Shown here: positions 27,534 through 36,437 of the stretch, piece after piece | How the letters are laid out: each line of letters begins with the position of its first letter | How positions within the stretch are numbered: the stretch's first letter is position 1 | Assembly (NCBI GenBank): GCA_964488565.1 | Contig: CAZAUE010000002.1 | Span: 40,048-104,047, forward strand | Direction of reading: 5' to 3' | From: an uncultured Candidatus Saccharibacteria bacterium | GTDB lineage: Bacteria; Patescibacteriota; Minisyncoccia; 2-02-FULL-40-12; GWA2-44-9 | DNA: 64,000 nt | Notes under the pieces: model-generated | Seen by the model: only the letters and a program-made list of their open reading frames with translations | Told to the model about the DNA's origin: nothing | Database searches by the model: none | Program-made: the position numbers and the translations under genes

Positions 27534-27883
27534 TAAATCAAAAAGGTTCAATTTTAATTTTTTCAGTCTTAATGCTTGGGGTTATTTTAACCATAACCTT
27601 GTCTTTGGGTAATATTTATTTACCTCGCCTTAAAACATCAACCGAAGCCATAAATTCAGTTGCTGCGGTCTACACTGCCGACAGTGCCCTAGAATGGTGT
27701 TTACACGAACAAAGAGGAAGAACCCCGTCAGTAGTTACTCCAACAATATCAATTATCGCAACCTATACAATTTATTTTGGTTCTGGAATAGCCACATGTG
27801 CTCCAGCAGAAGACCCCTTAAACCATCGGGCGGTAGGAACATATAAAGGAGTCACGAGATCGCTTGATATAGTTGAGGATTAA
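27530..27883 (+). CDS. Minor pilin (PilX-like)
   Basis: QKGSILIFS (no E5), AVYTADSALE. Confidence 0.75.
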   Translation: MINQKGSILIFSVLMLGVILTITLSLGNIYLPRLKTSTEAINSVAAVYTADSALEWCLHEQRGRTPSVVTPTISIIATYTIYFGSGIATCAPAEDPLNHRAVGTYKGVTRSLDIVED

Positions 27884-27973
27884 TTAACTAAGATTTGATT
27901 AAAAAGTTAACCAAAAGACTCTTTTCAGAGCCTTTTGGTTTGGTATACTACGGTCAGATAATTAACCTAACAC

Positions 27974-29992
27974 ATGAACAAGGATGCAGCCAAAGAAAGA
28001 ATATGGAAACTCAAGAAAACGATTAACCATCACCGTTATCTTTATCATGTTTTAGATCGTCAAGAAATATCGGATGAGGCTTTGGATTCTCTAAAAAAAG
28101 AGTTGTTTGACTTAGAACAAGAGTTCCCTAATTTAGTTACCACCGATTCACCAACTCAACGCGTTGCTGGCGAGCCACTAGAAGGGTTCACAAAAGTCAC
28201 ACACCCAGGACGAATGATTTCATTAAATGACGCTTTCAGTCACCAAGACTTACGAAACTGGCAAGAACGCTTAAACAACTTCCTCGGCCAAGATTATACT
28301 GGAAACTACTATTGCGATCTAAAAATGGATGGCCTCGCCATTGAACTTAGATATGAGAACGGAGAACTCACACAAGCATCTACCAGGGGTAATGGCCTTG
28401 TTGGTGAAGATGTCACTCAAAACATCCGAACGGTAGATGCTGTTCCATTACGCCTTCGCAGCGAAGACCGCCCCATTCCAAAAACACTTCTCGTCCGAGG
28501 TGAGGTATTTTTAACCAAAAAAGAATTTGCCAGAATAAATAAAGAGCAAGTCAAAAAAAATGAAAAAACTTATGCCAATCCACGTAATTTTGCCGCCGGA
28601 ACAATACGCCAACTTGATCCACGTATTACCGCTGGCAGAAAACTTTCTTTTTATGCCTACAGCGTAGTCGGTATTGATGGAACATATGGCGATGATTTTA
28701 AAAGTCATGCCGATGAATACCGAGCTCTAAACGAGTGGGGGATCGGAACTAATCCTCATGGTAAAGTCGCCAACACCCTGGAAGATATAATTTCATTCTG
28801 GGAAACATGGCAAGAAAAACGCGATAAATTAGATTATGAGTTTGATGGCATTGTCGTTTCAATAAATGACAATGGGGTTTATCGACGTGCTGGTGTCATT
28901 GGTAAATCGCCTCGAGGTGCGATTGCATTCAAGTTTTCACCAAAGTCCGCTCAGACAATTATTGAGGATATTCAAATTCAAGTCGGAAGAACAGGGGTCC
29001 TTACTCCTGTTGCTCATCTTAAGCCTGTTTCAATTGGAGGCACCACTGTTTCTAGAGCAACCCTCCACAATATGGATGAAATTAAACGCCTCGGTGTAAA
29101 AATAGGAGACACTGTTGTCGTCGGAAGAGCTGGAGATGTAATACCCGACATCCTTAATGTTCTGACGGAATTAAGAACTGGCAAAGAAAAAAACTTCCAA
29201 CTTCCGACAAAGTGTCCTGTTTGTAATACCCCCATCAAAAAAGAAGCTGAACAGGTTGCATCCTATTGTCCAAACATTGATTGTCCAGCTCGCCAACGAA
29301 TCACCATTTATCATTTTTGCTCCCGCAATGCCCTGAATATTGACGGTGTTGGTCCAAAAATTATAGATGCTCTCATGGATGCTGGTCTAGTCCAAGACTA
29401 TGCAGACTTATTTACCCTCAAAATCGAAGATCTCCAAAACCTAGATCGGTTTGCCGAAGTATCAAGCGCAAACGTTATTAAGGCCATCAATGACAGCAGA
29501 GAAGTTCCTCTCGCACGATTCGTTTATGCTCTCGGCATCATGCATGTGGGAGAAGAGACTGCTCGCGTTCTAGCTCAACACTTCCACACACTAGAGAAGA
29601 TCGCGGAAGCATCGGAAGAAGAACTCACCACAGTTGAAGATGTCGGTCCGGTTGTCGCTCATAGCATTGCCGAATGGTTTAAACGTCCGTACCATAAAAA
29701 AATATTAAAAAAGTTTGAACAAGCAGGATTAAAAATAATCACTGACAAAGGATTGGTTAAGGGCAAACTGTTCGGAAAAACATTTGTTCTGACTGGCACT
29801 CTTGAAACAATGAGCCGAGAAGAAGCTGGAGCAAAAATACGAACTCTTGGTGGTAAAATTTCATCTTCAGTTAGCAAAGATACGAGTTTTGTTATTGCTG
29901 GAGACAATCCTGGCTCTAAATATGACCAAGCTCAAAAACTTGGAGTAAAGATTCTGGATGAAAAAGAATTTTTGGAAATGCTGGCAATGTGA
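27974..29992 (+). CDS. ligA: NAD-dependent DNA ligase
   Basis: KMDGL, TRGNGLVGEDVT, Zn finger, HhH, BRCT. Confidence 0.97.
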   Translation: MNKDAAKERIWKLKKTINHHRYLYHVLDRQEISDEALDSLKKELFDLEQEFPNLVTTDSPTQRVAGEPLEGFTKVTHPGRMISLNDAFSHQDLRNWQERLNNFLGQDYTGNYYCDLKMDGLAIELRYENGELTQASTRGNGLVGEDVTQNIRTVDAVPLRLRSEDRPIPKTLLVRGEVFLTKKEFARINKEQVKKNEKTYANPRNFAAGTIRQLDPRITAGRKLSFYAYSVVGIDGTYGDDFKSHADEYRALNEWGIGTNPHGKVANTLEDIISFWETWQEKRDKLDYEFDGIVVSINDNGVYRRAGVIGKSPRGAIAFKFSPKSAQTIIEDIQIQVGRTGVLTPVAHLKPVSIGGTTVSRATLHNMDEIKRLGVKIGDTVVVGRAGDVIPDILNVLTELRTGKEKNFQLPTKCPVCNTPIKKEAEQVASYCPNIDCPARQRITIYHFCSRNALNIDGVGPKIIDALMDAGLVQDYADLFTLKIEDLQNLDRFAEVSSANVIKAINDSREVPLARFVYALGIMHVGEETARVLAQHFHTLEKIAEASEEELTTVEDVGPVVAHSIAEWFKRPYHKKILKKFEQAGLKIITDKGLVKGKLFGKTFVLTGTLETMSREEAGAKIRTLGGKISSSVSKDTSFVIAGDNPGSKYDQAQKLGVKILDEKEFLEMLAM

Positions 29993-30004
29993 TAATCTAA
30001 AAAT

Positions 30005-30078
30005 GTGGGTATGGCCGAGAAAAAGGCGCATGGCAGGCAATCCATGATTCGGTAGGCTGAAATCCCTACCTACCCACT
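30005..30078 (+). ncRNA. tRNA-like cloverleaf with non-canonical loops (pseudo-tRNA or mimic)
   Basis: GTGGGTA/TACCCAC acceptor, gcc/ggc D-stem, catgg/ccatg stem with 8-nt loop, ggtagg/cctacc T-stem; lacks D-loop GG and TTC. Confidence 0.6.
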
Positions 30079-30088
30079 ACATCTATTT

Positions 30089-30394
30089 ATGCTAACCGAT
30101 AAAGAAGTAAAACATATCGCTGAGCTAGCGAGAATAAAAATAAGTGAAAAAGAAGAACAAAGTCTCAAAAAAGATCTGTCTTCAATTTTAGAATACATCA
30201 ACAAATTAAACGAGGTGGATACAACCGGAGTTGAGCCATTATATCAGACAACCGGATTGGTTGATTCGTTCCGCAGTGATGAGTCAAGAGGGGAGTTTAA
30301 GATGGATGAAAATTTGAACGAAAAACTTATTGGCCAAGCACCACACAAAGACGACAGGTTTATAAAAGTTAAATCAGTTTTAGCACACAAATAA
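30089..30394 (+). CDS. gatC: Asp/Glu-tRNA amidotransferase subunit C
   Basis: [22 protein letters not shown]. Confidence 0.93.
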   Translation: MLTDKEVKHIAELARIKISEKEEQSLKKDLSSILEYINKLNEVDTTGVEPLYQTTGLVDSFRSDESRGEFKMDENLNEKLIGQAPHKDDRFIKVKSVLAHK

Positions 30395-31794
30395 TGGAAC
30401 CATCACTTACAATCAAGGATGTCCGAGATGGCCTTTCAAAGAGTCATTTTACGACTGAGGAGATTTTTAAAAAGTACTCAGATAAAATTAGCAAAGAAAA
30501 CAAAGAATTAAACGCGTATCTTTCTGTTTTTGAAAAACCAAAAGAAAGTCCTCCTCATGGTGAACTTTATGGCATTCCATGTGCGATTAAAGACAATATG
30601 CTAATTGAAGGAACTATCGCAACTGCTGGTTCTAAAATACTTAAAAATTATATTTCTTCTTACGATGCAACAGTTATTAAGAAGCTTAATAAGACTGGCG
30701 CAATGATTCTTGGAAAAACCAACATGGATGAATTCGCCATGGGAACTTCTACTGAGAACTCCGCTTTTGGACCAACAAAGAACCCCCACGACTTAACTCG
30801 AGTCCCCGGTGGTTCTTCTGGTGGTTCTGCTGCTGCCGTGGCTGCTGATCTTTGTGTTTTTGCTCTTGGCTCTGATACTGGGGGTTCTGTTCGCCAACCG
30901 GCTAGTCTGTGTGGGGTTGTTGGTTTAAAACCCACCTACGGTAGAGTTTCGCGGCACGGATTAATGGCCATGGCTTCATCTTTAGATCAGATTGGCCCTC
31001 TAACCAAAAATGTTTATGACTCGGCTTTGGTTTTAAATACTATCTGCGGACAAGATATTTTTGATTCCACTACCGTATCAAACAAAGTTCCCGACTTTAC
31101 TGAAAATCTTGAAAATGAAGTAAAAGGATTAAAAGTCGGTGTTCCAAAAGAATTTTTTGGAAAAGGATTAGATGGAGAGGTTGAAGAAAAAATACGATCA
31201 ACCATTACCAAACTCGAGAAGTTGGGTGCTGAAATTGTTGAAATAAGTTTACCTAATTTTGAATATGCTTTAGCTACTTATTACATAATCGTTCCCAGTG
31301 AAGTTTCCGCTAATTTATCGAGGTTTGATGGTATTCGATATGGCCACTCATCCAAAGAAGCCAAAACTCTTCTGGATACTTATTTAGAATCCCGTTCTGA
31401 AGGATTTGGGGCTGAACCAAAGAGAAGAATAATGCTCGGGGCATATGCATTATCGTCGGGTTATTATGATGCTTATTATTTAAAGGCTCAAAAGGTGCGG
31501 GCTTTAATAAAAAAAGATTTTGATAATGCTTTCAAAATAGTTGATGTTATTGTTGGACCCACTGCTCCTCACACAGCATTTAAGATTGGGGAAAAAATAT
31601 CAGACCCACTGTCTCTCTATATGGAAGACGTTTATACCGTTCCGGTTAATCTTACAGGCCTACCCGGAATCTCAATTCCGTGTGGAAATGGGACAACGAG
31701 TGGAATGCCTGTAGGCTTTCAAATAATCGGTCGTTCTTTTGACGAAGAGACTCTTTTAAAGGTATCCTACCAACTCGAGCAATCAATGAAATAA
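30394..31794 (+). CDS. gatA: Asp/Glu-tRNA amidotransferase subunit A
   Basis: [38 protein letters not shown]. Confidence 0.97.
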   Translation: MEPSLTIKDVRDGLSKSHFTTEEIFKKYSDKISKENKELNAYLSVFEKPKESPPHGELYGIPCAIKDNMLIEGTIATAGSKILKNYISSYDATVIKKLNKTGAMILGKTNMDEFAMGTSTENSAFGPTKNPHDLTRVPGGSSGGSAAAVAADLCVFALGSDTGGSVRQPASLCGVVGLKPTYGRVSRHGLMAMASSLDQIGPLTKNVYDSALVLNTICGQDIFDSTTVSNKVPDFTENLENEVKGLKVGVPKEFFGKGLDGEVEEKIRSTITKLEKLGAEIVEISLPNFEYALATYYIIVPSEVSANLSRFDGIRYGHSSKEAKTLLDTYLESRSEGFGAEPKRRIMLGAYALSSGYYDAYYLKAQKVRALIKKDFDNAFKIVDVIVGPTAPHTAFKIGEKISDPLSLYMEDVYTVPVNLTGLPGISIPCGNGTTSGMPVGFQIIGRSFDEETLLKVSYQLEQSMK

Positions 31795-31808
31795 CAGCCG
31801 CGAGAATA

Positions 31809-32399
31809 ATGCTAATAAACAACGACAACCTTATAGAGAGTACCGTCTCGAGCTTGTATCAAGTGTCCGATTTTGAAATTGGAAAACTTACGGTTGCTCA
31901 AGCTTTAGAATATCTTCCTGGATTCGGAGCCGATGCAAACTGGAATATCGTAAAAATAATCATGATAGTGATTAGTGTATTGATTGGGATATTTTGGGTA
32001 AGGATATTATTAAAAACAAGAGAATTGTTTTCCACAAAAACAGACCTCTCCAAAAACCTCTTGCCACCATCAGGTACCACATCGGGATTAGATGCTCGTT
32101 GGGTTGAAATTGAGAAACACATTAACTCAACACGTGAAGCAGAATGGAAATTTGCAGTTATAGAAGCGGACAAATTAACTGACGAATTATTAAAATCATC
32201 TGGATTCCAAGGAGACACAATGGGGGATAGACTGATGAATATTCAACCTGGCCAACTAGTGACCATACAAGGCCTCTGGGAGGCTCACAAGATAAGGAAT
32301 CGCCTGGTTCATGATACTAATTACTTCCTACGCTACACTGAAGCAAAAAGAGCTGTCGGTCTATATGAAAAAACTTTAAAAGAATTACAGGCATTATAA
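31809..32399 (+). CDS. Hypothetical membrane protein
   Basis: TM segment plus helical domain (AVIEADK, WEAHKIRNRLVH). Confidence 0.75.
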   Translation: MLINNDNLIESTVSSLYQVSDFEIGKLTVAQALEYLPGFGADANWNIVKIIMIVISVLIGIFWVRILLKTRELFSTKTDLSKNLLPPSGTTSGLDARWVEIEKHINSTREAEWKFAVIEADKLTDELLKSSGFQGDTMGDRLMNIQPGQLVTIQGLWEAHKIRNRLVHDTNYFLRYTEAKRAVGLYEKTLKELQAL

Positions 32400-32429
32400 A
32401 ACTCCCTTTAGGGAGTTTTATAATCTGGT

Positions 32430-32569
32430 GGTCACAAGTATTTTTCCTGACGGAAAAATCTCGCGACCCCAGCTCGTGGTTTTTGCCTTTCGCTATCGCT
32501 CAAACAAAAACATCACTGCGCTTTCCAAAAGCTAAAAATCTAAAGCAGTTTAGATTTTCTGACGCTTTG
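32430..32569 (-). repeat. tRNA-trailer element (tRNA-Ala GGC copy)
   Basis: Minus strand: gaaagcgcagtgatgttt...aaaccacgagctggggtcgcga-hairpin-cttgtgacc. Confidence 0.8.
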
Positions 32570-32640
32570 TGGACCTACCGAGAGTCGAACTCGGCCCTCT
32601 TCCATGCCATGGAAGCGTAATACCGATTTACTATAGGCCC
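32570..32640 (-). tRNA. tRNA-Ala(GGC)
   Basis: GGGCCTA/TAGGTCC with G3:U70; cttcc-atggcat-ggaag. Confidence 0.92.
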
Positions 32641-32804
32641 GAACGAGGATGTGGGAATGTTTTACATTCACATCATCCGAGTGAAGGGTATATACCTCTT
32701 GGTATAGGCCCTAATCCCATCAAAACTATACAAACATCATTCTCTTAATTTAATTGAAAAAATACCACAAAAATGCTACTATATCAAGATAAATTAACTT
32801 ATTC

Positions 32805-32876
32805 GCCCTCGTAGTTCAATGGATAGAACAAATCCGTCCTAAGGATAAAATGGGGGTCCGATTCCCTCCGAGGGCA
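32805..32876 (+). tRNA. tRNA-Arg(CCT)
   Basis: GCCCTCG/CGAGGGC acceptor, loop gtcctaa; T-loop variant TCCGATT. Confidence 0.88.
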
Positions 32877-33023
32877 CAAATTATGTTACGTTTTACGTAA
32901 AGCAAGTGAACTGCTTCACTTGCGTCAGAATTTGTGAGTTCGGAACTTATGACAGTCAATAGACTGTCATGTGAGAACGGGGTCGCGACCGAGCCAAGCG
33001 ACGGCGAGGCGAGAGTTGTGACC
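32877..33023 (+). repeat. tRNA-trailer element (tRNA-Arg copy, degenerate)
   Basis: agcaagtgaactgcttcacttgcgt hairpin; ggggtcgcgaccgagcc...gagagttgtgacc, close to the tRNA-Pro copy. Confidence 0.7.
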
Positions 33024-33031
33024 AAAAAGAT

Positions 33032-34465
33032 ATGAAATTACCAGAAGAAGTCCAAAATATAATCAAAAAGCTTCAAGATTCAGGATTTGAGGGGTATGCC
33101 GTGGGTGGCTGTGTCCGAGATTTATTATTGGGCAAAGAACCCAAAGATTGGGACATTACAACCAACGCCAAGCCGGAGGAAATACAAAACATATTTCCTG
33201 AACATGTTTACGAAAACACATTTGGAACCGTAGCGGTTAAAACCGGTTCAGAAAAATCTGAGCTTACTCTTGTTGAAGTTACACCGTATCGCATTGAAGG
33301 CAAATACACGGACAAACGCCATCCTGATGATGTTAAATTTGCCGACAAACTTGAAGACGATTTATCGCGTCGTGATTTTACGGTTAATGCTCTGGCGATG
33401 GATATTGATGGCAAAATCATAGATCTTTTTGATGGCAAAAAAGACTTGAAATCAAAAACAATAAGAACTGTAGGCGAGCCGGAAGAAAGATTTAATGAGG
33501 ATGCTTTGAGGTTGCTACGGGCCGTAAGATTCGCAACAATTCTTGATTTTAAAATAGAAAAGAAAACATTAGAAGCGGTAACCAAAAATTCAGATTGGTT
33601 GATAGCTATATCCAAAGAAAGAATCAGAGATGAGTTTGTTAAAATAATCAATTCTGACAACGCATATGATGGAATTGTACTTCTTAATGAAACAGGGTTA
33701 TTAAAACATATTGTTCCGGAACTATTAGAAGGAATCGGAGTTGGTCAAAACCTTCATCATATTTATACAGTCTGGGAACACAATCTTTTAGCTCTTAAGT
33801 ATGCCGTCAGTAAAAACTACTCACTGGAGGTAAGGCTTGGTTCATTGTTTCATGACATTGGTAAACCTCAAACAAAAAGAGGGGACGGGAAACATTCAAC
33901 CTTTTATGGACATGATGTGGTTGGGGCTAGAATAACCGCTGAGGTAATGGATAGATTAAAGTTCCCCAAAGAAACAGCCGAGAAAGTTATCAAACTTGTC
34001 CGTTACCATCTTTTCTATTACAACGTAGATGAGGTGACCGAATCCTCTGTAAGACGATTATTGGTGAACGTTGGTCCTGAAAACATGAGCGACCTAATAA
34101 AAATACGAGAAGCAGATAGAATTGGTTCAGGGACACCAAAAGCAGTTCCTTATAAATTAAGGCACCTGCAATATATCATTGATAAGGTTTCCCATGACCC
34201 GATTTCTGTAAAAATGTTAAAGGTCGGCGGAGAAGATGTTATAAAGGAACTTAAAACCCAACCAGGACCTAAGGTTGGATTGATTTTAAACTATCTTTTA
34301 GCTGAAGTAATAGATGATCCGTCAAAAAATACAAAAGAATATCTAGAACAAAGAATCCATGAATTAGATAAAGAGTCCCCAGAAGAATTAAAAAAATCAT
34401 TAGAAAAGATAGAGAAGGCGATTGAGGAGGAGGAGAAGGAAAGAATGAAGAAGTATTACGTTTAA
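33032..34465 (+). CDS. cca: CCA-adding tRNA nucleotidyltransferase with HD domain
   Basis: VGGCVRDLL, DWDITT, RRDFTVNA, EDALRLLR, HDIGK. Confidence 0.92.
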   Translation: MKLPEEVQNIIKKLQDSGFEGYAVGGCVRDLLLGKEPKDWDITTNAKPEEIQNIFPEHVYENTFGTVAVKTGSEKSELTLVEVTPYRIEGKYTDKRHPDDVKFADKLEDDLSRRDFTVNALAMDIDGKIIDLFDGKKDLKSKTIRTVGEPEERFNEDALRLLRAVRFATILDFKIEKKTLEAVTKNSDWLIAISKERIRDEFVKIINSDNAYDGIVLLNETGLLKHIVPELLEGIGVGQNLHHIYTVWEHNLLALKYAVSKNYSLEVRLGSLFHDIGKPQTKRGDGKHSTFYGHDVVGARITAEVMDRLKFPKETAEKVIKLVRYHLFYYNVDEVTESSVRRLLVNVGPENMSDLIKIREADRIGSGTPKAVPYKLRHLQYIIDKVSHDPISVKMLKVGGEDVIKELKTQPGPKVGLILNYLLAEVIDDPSKNTKEYLEQRIHELDKESPEELKKSLEKIEKAIEEEEKERMKKYYV

Positions 34466-34468
34466 TTT

Positions 34469-34540
34469 CGGGCCGTAGTGTAACGGTAACACGCACGATT
34501 CGGGTTCGTGAGACTCCGGGTTCAAATCCCGGCGGCCCGA
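34469..34540 (+). tRNA. tRNA-Pro(CGG)
   Basis: CGGGCCG/CGGCCCG acceptor, cacga-ttcgggt-tcgtg, GTTCAAATC. Confidence 0.93.
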
Positions 34541-34710
34541 CTGGAGCAACGCGAAAGGAGGGGTGCAGCAAACAAACTACTTTGTTTGCGTCGAGAAGTG
34601 AAAAGCGGAGCGATATTTCTCGAACAGTTGGTGAGAGAAATCGCGAGCTGGGCCTGCGACCGAGCCGACGGAAGTCGGCGAGAGTTGTAGGCAAATCCCG
34701 GCGGCCCGAC
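34541..34710 (+). repeat. tRNA-trailer element (tRNA-Pro copy)
   Basis: 19-bp direct repeat caaatcccggcggcccgac (34523-34541 and 34692-34710); shared core motif. Confidence 0.82.
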
Positions 34711-34720
34711 AAGCATCTGG

Positions 34721-35215
34721 TCAGTTAGGCTTTTTTCTTATTATTATTTTTATAGCTCTTTTCATGGTTTCAAAAATAACTGGAAGTTCAAGATAGTCTA
34801 TAGATATGGCTAGCCATGCAACGATATGGTTCCAGTGACCCACCAAACTTGCGTAACCCAAAACCTGGATAACCATTTCGTCGGTTATCCATAAAATATG
34901 CAACCACTGAACATTCAAGAAAATAAGGAAAAACAAATCTTTCCTGTTTGGTTTAATTTTGTATGATCTTAGATACACCAAAGAAGTTGCCACTATGGCC
35001 GGAATTTCAGTATAATCAACAACCGCTATGGTAGTATTGAAAAGGTGATTAATTAAAAACGGGGCAACGTCAAAAATTCTAGGAATTACCACGTTTGTAG
35101 TCAACCACAGAAGATGAATCAGTTGAATTGAAAATAATGCCCCAGCAAAGACAACATTGAAATCATCATGGTTGTCATACCACCTTAAAAATTTGCGCAC
35201 GATATTAGAAAACAT
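34721..35215 (-). CDS. Hypothetical multi-pass membrane protein
   Basis: About 4 TM segments, internal repeat (IHLLWLT / LHILWIT; DYTEIP / DYLELP). Confidence 0.75.
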   Translation of the reverse strand: MFSNIVRKFLRWYDNHDDFNVVFAGALFSIQLIHLLWLTTNVVIPRIFDVAPFLINHLFNTTIAVVDYTEIPAIVATSLVYLRSYKIKPNRKDLFFLIFLNVQWLHILWITDEMVIQVLGYASLVGHWNHIVAWLAISIDYLELPVIFETMKRAIKIIIRKKPN

Positions 35216-35254
35216 TGTTTAAACATAATACCAGAAAAATATTAATTTTCAAAC

Positions 35255-35333
35255 GGGCCCGCCCTCACACCTACTTAGCACTGAGGGCCTCCGGCCCTAA
35301 AGTGTTATTGTGCTAAGTAGGTGTGAGGGCCCG
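35255..35333. repeat. 21-bp perfect inverted repeat overlapping the tRNA-Ala 5' end
   Basis: gccctcacacctacttagcac 35261-35281 / gtgctaagtaggtgtgagggc 35310-35330; gggcccg duplicated. Confidence 0.85.
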
Positions 35334-35397
35334 TAGTTAAGTGGCATAACGCGACATTCGCATTGTCGAGGCGGGAGTTCGATTCTCCCCGGGTCCA
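35327..35397 (+). tRNA. tRNA-Ala(CGC)
   Basis: GGGCCCG/CGGGTCC with G3:U70; cgaca-ttcgcat-tgtcg. Confidence 0.92.
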
Positions 35398-35412
35398 CAA
35401 TAAAAACCCCAC

Positions 35413-36354
35413 CTAGGTGGGGTCAGAAGAACATCTTGTCTCAATTGTTAGGTGCACATTTTTTAATTCAGGAAATTCTTCCTGAAGATGAGTCTTAATT
35501 AGGTCGGGGACAGAGTCGTGCAGGGTGTGACTACTAATCAAGACGCTACCACTTAAAACCGTTAGGTCGGAGCTGATTTTGTTTATATGTAAATCTAAAA
35601 CATCACTTACTCCATAAACTTTATTAATTGATGCTGTGACTTTATTAAAATCGATATCTATTGGCACAGCTTCCATTATCATGTTGAAAATTATTTTCGG
35701 AGTTTTTCTAAAACTCCAGATCAACATACCAGCAATCATAATCGCGGCTAAAATATCTACCCAGAATAAACGTTGGTCAATCAAAACAACAACGGAACCG
35801 ATAATAACAGCAACAGAACCTAACGCATCGGTAACAGCACAGGCAATAGCGCTTTTTATTCCTTCTTCTCCGTGACTATGAACACTTAGGGTCTTGAAGA
35901 CCGCTAGATTTACCACAAGTCCGAGTGTGCCGACCAAAAATACCGGCCACGCAAGAATCTCGGTGTGTCCAAACATTAATCGCAAATACGCTTCTCTGAC
36001 AATCCAAAAAATCGCGGTCCCCACCAAAAGAGTGTTGAGAATAATAATTAATAACTCCAAACGACGGAAACCAAAACTTAGATAGCCAACAACCGAATCT
36101 CTTGGGGGAACACTCCTTAATTTATAAACCCAGTAGGTCAGAACCAGAACAAAACCATCAGTGAGCATGTGAATACTATCACCCAACATTGCCAAACTGT
36201 TTGTTAGGTAGCCGGTTATAAATTCAACCGCAAAGTAAGCAAGTGTTATGAAAATACCTTTTTTTAAATCACCCAATTTAAGATGCTCGTGATGTACGTG
36301 TTCATGTCCGTGATGTATATGTACATCTTTTTGTTCCTGAAATGTGCAACTCAT
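35413..36354 (-). CDS. Cation diffusion facilitator (CzcD/ZitB-like)
   Basis: His-rich N-terminus, SLAMLGDSIHMLTD, DLHI, HLTIE. Confidence 0.9.
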   Translation of the reverse strand: MSCTFQEQKDVHIHHGHEHVHHEHLKLGDLKKGIFITLAYFAVEFITGYLTNSLAMLGDSIHMLTDGFVLVLTYWVYKLRSVPPRDSVVGYLSFGFRRLELLIIILNTLLVGTAIFWIVREAYLRLMFGHTEILAWPVFLVGTLGLVVNLAVFKTLSVHSHGEEGIKSAIACAVTDALGSVAVIIGSVVVLIDQRLFWVDILAAIMIAGMLIWSFRKTPKIIFNMIMEAVPIDIDFNKVTASINKVYGVSDVLDLHINKISSDLTVLSGSVLISSHTLHDSVPDLIKTHLQEEFPELKNVHLTIETRCSSDPT

Positions 36355-36437
36355 ACTTGTCCTTTTAAAGGTACCTAATTACTATCTTTATACGCTAAAT
36401 CTAAAACTTATTCAAAATTACGAATTTTCATAAATGT

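Noticed and set aside
35284-35301. c-di-GMP-I riboswitch suggested by gcctccggccctaaa
   Set aside because: The upstream GNRA-capped stem and GCAAA context are absent; the segment is just the loop of a perfect inverted repeat
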